Origin: Macrostomum hystrix
Lineage: Eukaryota; Animalia; Platyhelminthes
DNA: 64,000 nt
Direction: 5' to 3'
Assembly (NCBI GenBank): GCA_950097015.1
Contig: CATNEN010000038.1
Coordinates: forward strand, 7,626,001 to 7,690,000
A program made the translations under genes and the position numbers. Shown piece by piece: positions 37,601 through 48,792 of this stretch. Below the pieces are notes generated by a model. That model had not been told where the DNA came from. It made no database searches and worked only from the letters and a program-made list of their open reading frames with translations. Position 1 is the stretch's first letter, and the number at the start of each line of letters is the position of its first letter.

Positions 37601-40600
37601 CACAAGACACCCCTGAGCAAACAGAGAAGCTTCTTGGAGTGTGCCGTTCTGACTCACTCGTTGGAAAAATGGGTCAGAGCCTCGCGCGCCAAATGCTGAG
37701 CAATAGTAGTACAAAAATACTCGCAGGTTTAAGCAAACAAATGTGAGAATATGTGAAAGTAGACAAGTGGTGGACGTGACAGACAGGATTGATTTACAAT
37801 GCTCTGGCCAGCAAGTAGCCGCCCCTTCACAAACCTGTGAAGAAGCACACCTCAATGCTCAGGCTCTTATCCACCAAAGAGAAAATAAATTTGCGGTTGA
37901 AAGACAGCCTACTGTGCAAGCTAGTTCAGCAACCATATATACTGTTGTACTCGTACATATTGGCCTGGAATGAAATGGAATAGTTTACGAGCTTAGTAGA
38001 ATTTAAATATTTCTTGCTTGAACTACTTATGCAAGAAGTTGGAAGTAATTAGAGACAAAAAAATAGCTATTATAATAGCTGATTACACCTGCCCTGATAG
38101 GGCCAGATGTGCAGGCGACATCACAGCCCCTGCTATTGCGCGTTACACCTGAAGGCTGCGTACGGCTGTTCAGTCCATGGACTGGGGGGACGCGACACCC
38201 ACCCTCAATTATCCCAGCTAATGCTGGTACCCATTTAAAAGCTGGTTGAACTGAAGCAATGTGTTATGTGTCTTGCTAAAGGAGTCTTGTGTCTTGTTCC
38301 ACTGGAGTCGGGAATCGAACCCCCGACCTTCAAGTCCTGTGTCCGCCGCACTAACCTTTAGGCTACAACCCTAAAGGTTAGTTTTAATAAGTTAAAAAAT
38401 CCCCTCAAATGCGAATTACAGCGATCGGTTACACTTCGTAATACACACTGTCTCTTCAATAATAGCTTAGTTCTCAGAATCACCAGAGTTTGTGTTTCAC
38501 TGAGTCGCAAATTGATTTGATCTGCAGGAGAACCTTGAGATTGTCACCTGTGGCTACGACGCAAAGAACAAGAAAGTCCTCATGCAGTTCGGTTTCGCAC
38601 CCGGCAAATCTTTCGTACCACTTTACCGGGTGAGTAACAATTTTGCCAGTCAGTTAGCTGACTGTTGCACCGTGGATGGGATTAGAATCCCAAGTTGATG
38701 TCGAGCTCCATGTCTAGTGCAGTCCTTCATTGTTAATCCCCTCAGTCGGACATCAGCAAGATGATGACCCGACTAGACATGGGCGCGAGTGACACAAGCA
38801 GCCTGCCCATCCAGCCCAACACCGTCAGCTGCCAGTTTGTGAGGCCTATTGACACCAGCTTCACCTACTACAACTACAGCAAGGCCAGCGCAACTAGCAA
38901 TTTGGTCACGGTCTCTAGCAAGATGTCTGGCCAGGGACAGTTCGCCGTGCTAGCCCAGGGGCTCAATGTTCCCAGTAAGATTCCAATGAGATCATTTGAC
39001 TGAAGTCTGTTATTGAAATGGATCTCAAGCTCACATAAAGTTCACACCGCGCACAGACACGCCCAACCTGGGCAAGCACACGCACATTCCGCTGCGGTCT
39101 CCGATGAGGCTTGCTCCGATTGGCGGGCCGGCATTGATGTACTTCAACGGCATAGAGGCTAAAGTGAAAACGCATGGTGAGAAGACTGTTGCACAAAATG
39201 ATTGCCAACTTTTGCCTCTGAAAACCTTTTCTGGAGATCAGAAGCTCAAACAAAACTCTGAAAACTTACCAATATGGTGTGATCCGATGATAAACCATCG
39301 CCTTTTCTTTGACTTCAACATTTAGCTACTCCGCTCATGACCATCTTCTCTCGCTCATGACCATCTTCTCTCGCTCATGACCATCTTCTCTCGCTCATGA
39401 CCATCTTCTCTCGCTCATGACCATCTTCTCTCGCTCATGACCATCTTCTCTCGCTCATGACCATCTTCTCTCGCTCATGACCATCTTCTCTCGCTCATGA
39501 CCATCTTCTCTCGCTCATGACCAGGCACTCACATGACCATATTTTCACGCTCATGACGTTCATGATCAGGCACTCTCATGACCATCTTCTGGCTGTTCCT
39601 CTGCGGCCTGGCCATCATTGTTGGGCGTCACACGCGGCCGGTGCTGACGCAGGAGCTGCTGAAGAAGCAGCTGTGGTTCCTGCTCCACGTCGGCTGCATG
39701 GTAGTCGGCTACATCATCGCCCTGGCTGGCCTCATCTACATCCTGGTGAAGGAGGGCGAGTGGGAGAGCGACTCTCAGACTCACGGAATATTCGGCATCA
39801 TCGGCATGGCGCTGGGCATCATCAACATCATCGCGGGAATCTTCCGACCGCATCCGGGCACCAAGTTCCGGCCCGTGTTCAACCGACTTCACCGCTGGAA
39901 CGGTCTTTTGGCCATGGCCTTCGCCAGTGAGTGCAGAAAGCTTTCTATGAAATGCTGCAATCGACCACTGCTGCAACTTTCCAACTTTTAAACTCTCTAG
40001 TGACTTTAAGCGCTTCTCTGAAGACTCAAACACTCCATTGAAGGCTCAAATGCTTCTCTCACGACTTGAACGTTTCCATGAAAACTAAAACGCTTTTTTT
40101 CTTGTCATCCACCAGCCGTGGCAATCTGGATAGGCGCCACCTTCAAGAGCCTCCGACCGGAGTTCCGTTTCTGGGCCGTCATCGTGCTGGCGATCTACAC
40201 GGCCCTGCAGATCATCTTCATGGGCCTGTTCGAGGGGCTGCGCTTGCGTGAGTCACTTAAAATTTAGTCGAGATACGAGTACAATGCTCGTATTGGCAGA
40301 ACTGACCCGCAGCCAGGGTGGAGGCGATTCCGCCCGTTCCGCTGACCCCTGATTACACACACTCACACAGGTGTGTACATCTGCCCTGACTTTCTCATCG
40401 TCAGGCAGTGTACACTCTCACTGTGCCTTGGAGGTTGGCCCTCAAGAGCGCAAATTGCACGACAAGCCCCCAAGCCTTCTCTCCGCGGCTGCGCCTCAAA
40501 TGAATGTGGCCTCGCCGCGGAGCATGGAGACCTTGGTGCGAGAGGCAGACGCGTTAACCGTTCTGCCACTGTGTACATGAGTACACAGTATACACAATAT

Positions 40601-40895
40601 ACACTCTCCGCCATTTGTGTGGCCTTGCCGCGCAATCGAGCTCAGGGCAGGTGAGTTGGTGGACTCAAATGCTCGCTCTCCCGCAGGTGCTGTTCGCAAT
40701 AAGCGTCTCGAGAATTCCGTCAGCAGAAATTTTGAACTGTCCGATAAGTCGCAGTCGGCCACTTCGCAGGTGGAGCCGGAGGCTAAGATCAAAGGCAAGC
40801 AGCTGGTGCACATCAACGAAGGCTGGCTGATAGCCTACGCCTGTGTCTTCCTGGCACTGGCGGCCGCCTTTTGGGCCGGCCTATGGATCCACTGA
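34611..40895 (+). CDS. FRRS1: Ferric-chelate reductase 1-like (signal peptide-Reeler-DOMON-cytochrome b561), paralogue A, 12 exons, 657 aa
   Basis: Exons 34611-34683, 35346-35513, 35893-36071, 36159-36262, 36499-36595, 37193-37396, 38528-38629, 38746-38974, 39057-39176, 39570-39926, 40116-40247 and 40687-40895 total 1974 nt in frame. Reeler start YPSGPP..SC; GCGTSKTC linker; putative DOMON haem ligands Met (STEM) and His (LGKH); four cyt-b561 histidines (KTHG, FLLHV, QTHG, RLHRW). Confidence 0.88.
34833..35286. repeat. 22-bp minisatellite (TTAGACAGATAACACCCGCCTG)
   Basis: In FRRS1-A intron 1. Confidence 0.95.
36599..37115. repeat. 23-bp minisatellite (AGTGTCTTCCCTTCCCTTGCTCC) followed by (TTCG)n
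   Basis: Starts inside the donor site of FRRS1-A intron 5. Confidence 0.95.
38070..38371 (-). mobile_element. SINE family 2 copy
   Basis: The reverse complement aligns end to end with 43194-43500. Confidence 0.8.
39332..39565. repeat. 20-bp minisatellite (CGCTCATGACCATCTTCTCT)
   Basis: The unit copies the start of the downstream exon. Confidence 0.92.
40291..40570 (-). mobile_element. SINE family 1 copy (FRRS1-A intron 11); second head fragment at about 40613-40648
   Basis: Same head and body as 47268-47611. Confidence 0.85.
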
Positions 40896-41513
40896 GCTCC
40901 GTGTCACATCAATTCGACGGATAGCTATATACTCTCACTTTGCTGAAATAAGCAGCTGGAACTGACACTGAATCTCGGCTAAAAATAGATGGCCCGAATT
41001 TGACTTCAGAGGCAATAATACTCGAATTGAAACCTGTTAACTGAGTATTTACCCAACGTTTGCAAACACAAATCACAAATCTTTTTCTTTGTTAAACTGC
41101 AACTCATCTGCCGTCTATAGACACTCGTTTCTGTTCCTTCTTAATATTTATTAATTCTTGACAAATATTTAAATCTGTCCTTATATTGAATAAGTTAATT
41201 CGAACACTGCTTTCAAATCGTATCTGTGAATCATACTTGTTTTTATCCCAGCTCAAGTGCCACTTGAATCAGATTTCCTTAAAAGATAGATCCTTTTTAT
41301 AGCTGCTACGTTTTAAAACGTCTTTTATCTACATGGATTTCGCACCTTATTTACATGAAAAATTACCCGCGTCGCCATTATTATGTTTAGGAAAATAAAC
41401 AATTTCATGTGACCTTTTAGTCGTGCTTTTTTAACTGCGACTCCTACGTGAGAGGTCAAGAGTTCGTATCTTATCCTTCAGGGTCATTAATCGTGTAGTT
41501 TAAGCGAGCGTCA

Positions 41514-41822
41514 GTGCCAATGGCTGCAGTGTGTACCTGTCATTTGTATCTGTGTGAGTACCAATGGCTGCAGTGTGTACCTGTCATTTGTATCTGTGTG
41601 AGTGCCAATGGCTGCAGTGTGTACCTGTCATTTGTATCTGTGTGAATGCCAATGGCTGCAGTGTGTACCTGTCATTTGTATCTGTGTGAGTGCCAATGGC
41701 TGCAGTGTGTACCTGTCATTTGTATCTGTGTGAGTGCCAATGGCTGCAGTGTGCACCTGTCATTTGTATCTGTGTGAGTGCCAATGGCTGCAGTGTGTAC
41801 CTGTCATTTGTATCTGTGTGTG
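41514..41822. repeat. 44-bp minisatellite (GTGCCAATGGCTGCAGTGTGTACCTGTCATTTGTATCTGTGTGA)
   Basis: 7 copies, running into a SINE family 1 tail. Confidence 0.93.
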
Positions 41823-42393
41823 TACTCAGGAGTCAGTGGGATGGACAGATTTGTATGAGTGCTAGTTGCTGGTCGACTGTCACCAAATGACGTTACCAGT
41901 GCTCACAGCCCTCCTGCAATTACTATTTTATGGCCGTCCGATGGTTGGAAAACAATTAGACCACCTGAGTGCGTTCTTTAATTTGGTTGGTATCGCTCGA
42001 GGTAGGGAAACGTCTGGATTCGGGCTTTGATGCCACAGCCCCCATGAAGTTCACATGCCGCATCTGTAGCACTCGCAGCTCTACTTTAGAAAGAATGCTC
42101 GAACAAAGTACTTAATTACAGTGACTGTGAATGCAAGGTAGGGTCTATTGAGAGATATGAGTTTTGGTCATTCTCTAAGACCCAAGCTGCCCATAGACAA
42201 TGAGCACAATGAGCAGGCAGGAAACCCCTCGTAGGGGTGAGCAGAAACGAAGGCTTCGCTTCGCCATGAAGTGGACTCGCAAATTCCCACGCAATTGTTT
42301 GTCTTGCTATTTATTCTAGCAGGCTCAAAGCAGCTCGCGGCTCGCCAAAGACCGAGAATACACACAAGCCAAATCGCAGGTGCTTCTTGTACT

Positions 42394-44782
42394 ATGATTG
42401 CAATGCATTCCGCCGTCAGCCTTCTGCTGCTCCTAGCGGCGTCTGTGGACTGTGAGTGATTTCGTAGAATTTCAACCAGGGTTCTGTCAGACTGAGCATT
42501 TCCATCGCCCTGCACGCCCCTGTCATTGACTTGATTGCAGGCTACCCATCGGGCCCACCAGCGGCCGCTTGCCTCAGCCAGCAGCCCTACCACAACCCAA
42601 AAAAGAACACGGACTTCTCGCGGCTCCACCCTGGCATTGCGGGCAGTCCGCAGTTCGCACTGTCTGTTGGCGCAGCCTCGTGGAGCGCCGGAGGCACTAT
42701 TACAGGTAAGTGATTTGCAGATTTTAGCGGTTGGTAACACGACGTAACTGATTAAAGGTGTGTGATAATGAGGACAGACAATGAGGCAGCATCAGTACTG
42801 TTAGTACCGTGAGCAATGACCTTGCCCTCAGTGACCTTGGCTGGCGTCAAAGCTGACAAGAGATTCGCCGGCTTCGTACTGAAAGCTGTCCGAGCTTCAA
42901 ACGGCTACACCAACGACAACCTGGGCCCCCTGTTGGGCAGTTTCACCTGCAACACTTCTGCTGGAGCGGCCGCTCCGCCAAAGTACCACTCGGTCTACGC
43001 ACCTAGCGGGGTGAGCTCATGCACTAAACTGACCTACCTGACCTACCTGACCTACCTGACCTACCTGACCTACCTGACTTACCTGACCTACCTGACCTAC
43101 CTGAACTACCAAACCTACCTGACCTACCTGACCTACCTGACCTACCTGACCTTCTTGACTAACTTGATCTTGACTTTAATTTTGGTTTCGAAAGGGGATT
43201 GTAGCCTAGTGGGTTAGAGCATCGTACTGGCAACTTGAAGGTCGGGGGTTCGATAACCGACTACACTGACACAATTTTGTTGTTTAGCCAGACACTTATC
43301 TATAGATTGCTTCAGTTCAACCAGCTGTTAAATGGGTACCAGCATTAGCTGTGGTAACTGAGGGTGAGTGTGGCGTCCCCCAGTCCATGGACTGAACAGC
43401 CATGCGCAGCCTTCAGATGCAATAGCTGCGGCTGTGCTGTCGGCTGCACATTCGACCTATTAGGGGCAGGTGCAATCAATAATGTTTATTATTACTATTA
43501 CAGGATTTTAGGAAGTTTTCACTTTACCGCAAAGTCGAAAGCGCACTAAAAAAATGCGCCGTAATATATTCAACATGACAAGCTCAGATTAATCTCCAGT
43601 TCCTCGTGCAATTTCTGCAGGAGAGAAACTGTGTGTCGCAATCGGTGGGTGAAGAAAACACGCTTAGATCGGTCACGTGCCAGTGGACAGCGCCAGCTAC
43701 TAACGAGGGACCGATTATGTTTTCGTGAGCCCTCTTAAATGCATTCTGTTTAATTATCATCGACAATCGGAACAAATTTTATTTGCACCTGAAAATTCCA
43801 AAACAATCAACCAACGATGCCGAAGTCACGTAACCGACTTTTAAACGATAATTTTCAGAGCAACTGTTGTGGTTAAATACGATGAGTACCAGACTCAGAT
43901 TCTCAGTGACGTCATTCCTAACTCTGCCGGCGCGCCTAATTTCACCAGAGATGTGAGCTCACTGTACTTTGAGTAGCTGTATAAGCTCTAAACGCTGCTT
44001 TCTGAGAGACACGGCTGTTTAGGGGAACTGAACACGTTTGTCTCTCGCATTAAGATCCCTGATTTCGATTCCGCGGTGAAGCCACATTCATTTGGGGCGC
44101 AGCCGCTGAGACGGCTTGGGAGGCTTGTCCACGATGAGGGGCGACCCCTCGACAATGGGGATGTGAATGAAGATGTACACCACTGAGCGGAATGATTGCT
44201 TATCGTTGATCACAACTTGCTCACAACACATCAACTCACCTGAAGGACGCTCTCCAAGCTGTTCCCGGCATGTTCGGCTGCGGCACGGCCAAGACCTGCG
44301 CCCTGTACCCGCCTGGCTGTGACGTACGCGGTGGCTGCCGATACGGCGTCATGATCACCCCGATGGCGGCCACCAATCAGCTGATGTTCGAGGTGTTCGG
44401 CAACACCTTCGACTGGCTAGCCGTTGCCTTGGGCGATTCCACCGAGATGGTAAGGAAATCATCAGCCGCATTGTGAGAGATGTACAGGGCTCTCGCACCA
44501 ATGCCACTGAGCTCGATTCCGCGGCGAGGCCACATTCATTTGGGGCGCAGCCGCAGAGAGGGCTTGTGGTGTCTTTGTCGTCCCTTGAGGGCCAGCCTCC
44601 ATGGCACAGTGATGAGAAAGTCAGGGCAGATGTACTCCCATGTGTAAGCGTGTGCCGCCTGTACAGTATCTGTGTGCGTGTGTACTCAGGAGTCAGCGGA
44701 ATGGGCAGAATTGCCTCATCGCTGGATGCGGGTCTAGTGTCACCAAGTGATGTGCCATTGCCTGCCATTGCCCTACTGCAAA

Positions 44783-44828
<46 letters not shown>

Positions 44829-47800
44829 GGCTCGCAAGCTAAATTTTAATTGTCACTGTAAACAGAATGTTAGAGGTCTATGCATAATCTATCGTCAACA
44901 CAAAAAACTAATCTGCAGGAGAACATGGAGATCATCAGCTGCGGCTTCGATGAGAAGTTAAACAAGCCTCGCGTTGAGTTTGGCTACGCGCCGGGAAAAG
45001 TCTACATTCCGGTCTACCGGGTATGACCGCCTGTTTACTTTAATTGAAGGGCATTGGTAGATTTGTAAATAAGTGAGGAGGCAGCGAGAAGCAGTTCTGC
45101 TCATTCCGCTGAACCCTAAGCAAACAAGCTGTGCAGCTCTCGAATCCTAACAAACAGCCAAAAATTATCGACCTATATGCAGCTTATCAAGTATGCTACC
45201 TTCCATTGCCACCCGAACAGGCGGACATTAGCATGATAAAAACAAGATTTACCAAGGGCGCGAGCGACCCTGCGAGTCTGCCTGTTCAGCCGAACGCCGT
45301 CAGCTTCCAGTTTGTGAGGCCAGTTGACAGCAGCTTCGTCTACTACCGGCACAATTCTAGCAGCGCGACCAGTGCACCAGTCACATTCCAGAGCAGGCTA
45401 TCCGGAGAGGGCAAGTTTGTCATCCTGGCTCAGGGACAGAACATTCCGAGTAAGGAATTTCGAGCCTTTAAATGCCCGCAATGGGATTCGGCTAATTCGC
45501 ATCGCCTCCCTGTATACTTTAAACTAAACCCGAACGCCAACAGACACTCCCAACCTGGGCAAGCATACGCACATCCCGCTGCGGTCACCAAAGCGACTCG
45601 CACCAATGGGCTCCAGCTCCACAGTGTACTTTAGCGGCCTGGAGGCCAAGGTGCAAACACACGGTAAGATATTGAAGGAAGAAGCGAATTACTTGTGCCT
45701 AAAGCTCAAATTTCAACTTCTAGACACTGGAGAACAAGTGCTCAGGCAATACTATTCAAGTCACGTGACACTTATGTAGTACGCCTTTCACCTTACTCGG
45801 TTCCTCTAGTATTCCTCCAAAGTTGTTGTTTCGGTTGCTCTCCTGAGTGTTCTTGTATCGGTTGCTCTCCTGAGTGTTCTTGTATCGGTTGCTCTCCTGA
45901 GTGTTCTTGTATCGGTTGCTCTCCTGAGTGTTCTTGTATCGGTTTTGCTCTCCTGAGTGTTCTTGTATCGGTTTTGCTCTCCTGAGTGGTCTTGTATCAC
46001 GCTCATGTCCAGGTACTCACATGACCATCTTCTCACGCTTATGTCCAGGTACTCACATGACCATCTTCTCACGCTTATGACGCTCATGATCAGGCACTCT
46101 CATGACCATATTTTCACGCTCATGACGCTCATGATCAGGCACTCTCATGACCATCTTCTGGCTGTTCCTCTGCGGCCTGGCCATCATTGTCGGGCGTCAC
46201 ACGCGGCCGGTGCTGACGCAGGAGCTGCTGAAGAAGCAGCTGTGGTTCCTGCTCCACGTCGGCTGCATGGTAGTCGGCTACATCATCGCCCTGGCTGGCC
46301 TCATCTACATCCTGGTGAAGGAGGGCGAGTGGGAGAGCGACTCTCAGACTCACGGAATATTCGGCATCATCGGCATGGCGCTGGGCATCATCAACATCAT
46401 CGCGGGAATCTTCCGACCGCATCCGGGCACCAAGTTCCGGCCCGTGTTCAACCGACTGCACCGCTGGAACGGTCTTTTGGCCATGGCCTTCGCCAGTGAG
46501 TGCAGAAAGCTTTCTATGAAATGCTGCAATCGACCACGAATGGATTGCATTTCAAACATTCAACTACGAGAGTAAACAGTTAGCTTTGAATTCTCAAACC
46601 GACTTAAACGTTTCTCTCTGAAACTACTCTAACGCTTCTCTGTAGCCAAACGCTTTTCTGACTACTCAAGCACTTCTCAGACGACTCAAGCACTTCTCAG
46701 ACGACTCAAACGCTTCTCTGACGACTCAAACGCTTCTCTGAAAACTCAAACGCTTCTCTGAAAACTCAAACGCTTCTCTGAAGTCTATTGAAAAATGTCG
46801 CATGTGTTCTGGGAGTGGGAGAGCGCAGAACAGAGGAGCGCAGCATTGAAACCTACGAGTAACTGACGCTCCTCCGTGGACACTCTAAAAATGCAGCCGT
46901 AGCGATCTGGCTCGGCGCCACTTTCGAAAGCCACCGGCCGGAATTCCGTTTCTGGGCCGTCATCGTGCTGGCAATCTGGACAGGCCTGCAGATCATCTTC
47001 ATGATCCTCTTCGAGTGCCTGCGCCAGCGTGAGTCAACAGACATATTTCTCTAAATGCTTAACGCTTGGCAGAAGGGCTTGAAGCCGGGAAACGATCCCA
47101 ACCGGAGTGGTCAGGAATTCAAATCTCAGCCTAAGTTGAACTACATTATCCTTGATCCAGACGCTTAATTCCTCAATAGCTGGCTGACTTTGGTGGCCAA
47201 CCAGTCCATGGACTGAACAGCTGAACAGCTGTCGTGATGGTGACCAATGAATATATTTATATCGATTCCAGGAGGACTGCAGGCGATGGCACATCATTTG
47301 GTGACACTAGACCTGCAGCTAGCGAAGAGGCAGTTCTGCCCATCCCGCTGACTCCTGAGCACACACGCACACAGATAACTTACGCACGCCCACGCTTACA
47401 CAGGTATGTACATCTGCCCTGACTTTCTCATCGTCAGGCAGTGCTCAATTCACTGCCTTTAAGGTTGGCCCGTAAGGGACGAAAAGTCACGACAAGCCCC
47501 CAAGCCTTCTCTCCGCGGCAACGCACCTAATGAATGTGGCCTCGCCTCGGAATCGAGCTTAGGGACCTTGGTGCGAGAGGCGAGCGCATTAGCGCTCTGC
47601 CACTCACCCCCATGGCGACCAATCAGAAGATAGTGTGGGGTAAAGTGAGTGAGCCAATCAGATCTCAGACTGACTTGACTGACGAATTACGAGGCAAGAT
47701 GAAAATGCTCGAAAACGTAATCACCGAAACTGAAATCCCCTCCCCCTTAGGCGTCGCTAGGAACAAGCGTTTGGAGAAGGCCATCAGCCACCGTTTCGAG

Positions 47801-47977
47801 CTGTCAGACAGGTCGACGTCGGCCAGCTCGCAGGACGAACCACAAGCCGTCAGCGAGCCGGAGCCAGAGGTGAAAGGCAAGCAGCTGGTGCACATCAACG
47901 AAGGCTGGCTGGTGGTCTATGCCTGTGTCTTCCTGGCACTGGCGGCCGCCTTTTGGGCCGGCCTATGGGTCCACTGA
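42394..47977 (+). CDS. FRRS1: Ferric-chelate reductase 1-like, paralogue B, 12 exons, 656 aa
   Basis: Exons 42394-42451, 42541-42705, 42832-43010, 43621-43724, 43859-43952, 44246-44449, 44919-45020, 45221-45449, 45544-45663, 46139-46495, 46897-47028 and 47751-47977 total 1971 nt in frame. Intron phases and motifs match paralogue A. Confidence 0.88.
43030..43151. repeat. 9-bp repeat (TGACCTACC)
   Basis: Visible tandem array. Confidence 0.9.
43194..43500 (+). mobile_element. tRNA-derived SINE family 2 with a CORE/Meta-like central domain
   Basis: TAGCCTAGTGG A box, GGTTCGATAACC B box, then GACACTT..TTGCTTCAGTTCAACCAGCTGTTAAATGGGTACC and a TTA-rich tail. A second copy lies at 38070-38371. Confidence 0.8.
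44035..44185 (+). mobile_element. Degenerate SINE family 1 fragment
   Basis: TCTCTCGCA..TTCGATTCCGCGGTGAAGCCACATTCATTTGGGGCGCAGCCGC. Confidence 0.7.
44490..44828 (+). mobile_element. SINE family 1 copy ending in a (TTA)n tail
   Basis: CTCTCGCACCAA..GAGCTCGATTCCGCGGCGAGGCCACATTC..GATGAGAAAGTCAGGGCAG..GTGCCATTGCC, followed by a TTA run at about 44785-44828. Confidence 0.85.
45830..46138. repeat. 27-bp minisatellite followed by repeats of about 36 bp containing the acceptor sequence
   Basis: TCGGTTGCTCTCCTGAGTGTTCTTGTA units, then ATGTCCAGGTACTCACATGACCATCTTCTCACGCTT units. Confidence 0.88.
47268..47611 (-). mobile_element. tRNA-derived SINE family 1, near full-length copy (FRRS1-B intron 11)
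   Basis: Head GGGGTGAGTGGCAGAGCG (A box), then GCTCGATTCC (B-box-like), then GCGAGGCCACATTCATT. The body is shared with several other copies in the window. Confidence 0.85.
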
Positions 47978-48682
47978 TTGAATATTTTGCTGCTGAAACA
48001 CCTGTTTGAAAATATATTTGACAACTGTGCTGCTTGTTGAGTTCAGTTTCTTTAGTACTCATTCGCACTTCTTTACTTAAAGTAGCAAAAATACCTGCAA
48101 TTGTTCTAGGACTTTGTATTTAACGATATTTATTGCCTGTCTTTAGCTAAATTTAACAAAACAGTTTAGTTTCTGCTTTACAGTATTGAGACAGCTAAAG
48201 ATTTTTTAACATATTAGCTTTTTCTTAATCAAATCTTAGTGAAATAAAATCTAAATAAAATCTCGTAAACCGATTTTATAACAATAGAACTCTTCTAAAG
48301 AATTTTTTTAAGCAAAATATTCTTGATTACTGCATTTTTACTGACACTACACTTATTTCTACTTAGAGTAGACTGTGTCGCCTAATTGAATGCAGATTTT
48401 ACTGCAGCAGGACCATGGCTTTTGCCTCATTATATTTCATTCAGTGTCCAGACTGGAATTTTCATTTTCAGACTCGACACCACGAAGATACTAGCTGGGT
48501 GAAACAATGCCTTATTAAAAATGACGCACAATTGTGGTAAGGCTTTGTGTCTTTGTGTCTTTGTGTCTTTGTGTCTTTGTGTCTTTGTGGTACGAGCGTA
48601 CATTGTGGTACATTTTAGTACATTCTGGTACATTGCGGTACATTGTGGTGCCGCAAGTTGTCGTGGTACATTGCATATTGTG

Positions 48683-48792
48683 CTTCGGACTTCTTACCGA
48701 GCGGTCGGGAGTTCGAATCTCAGCCAATGAGAATCAATTTGTGTCCCTGAGCAAGGCACTAAAACTACCTAGTGCTTTTAGTTCGACCGGCA
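48683..48792 (+). mobile_element. SINE fragment (B box plus CORE-like start)
   Basis: GGGAGTTCGAATCTC followed by TGTGTCCCTGAGCAAGGCACT. Confidence 0.5.

Noticed and set aside
40015-40035. Spliced-leader RNA-like word GAAGACTCAA
   Set aside because: It is a short match inside a degenerate 20-bp repeat, with no donor or Sm-site architecture.
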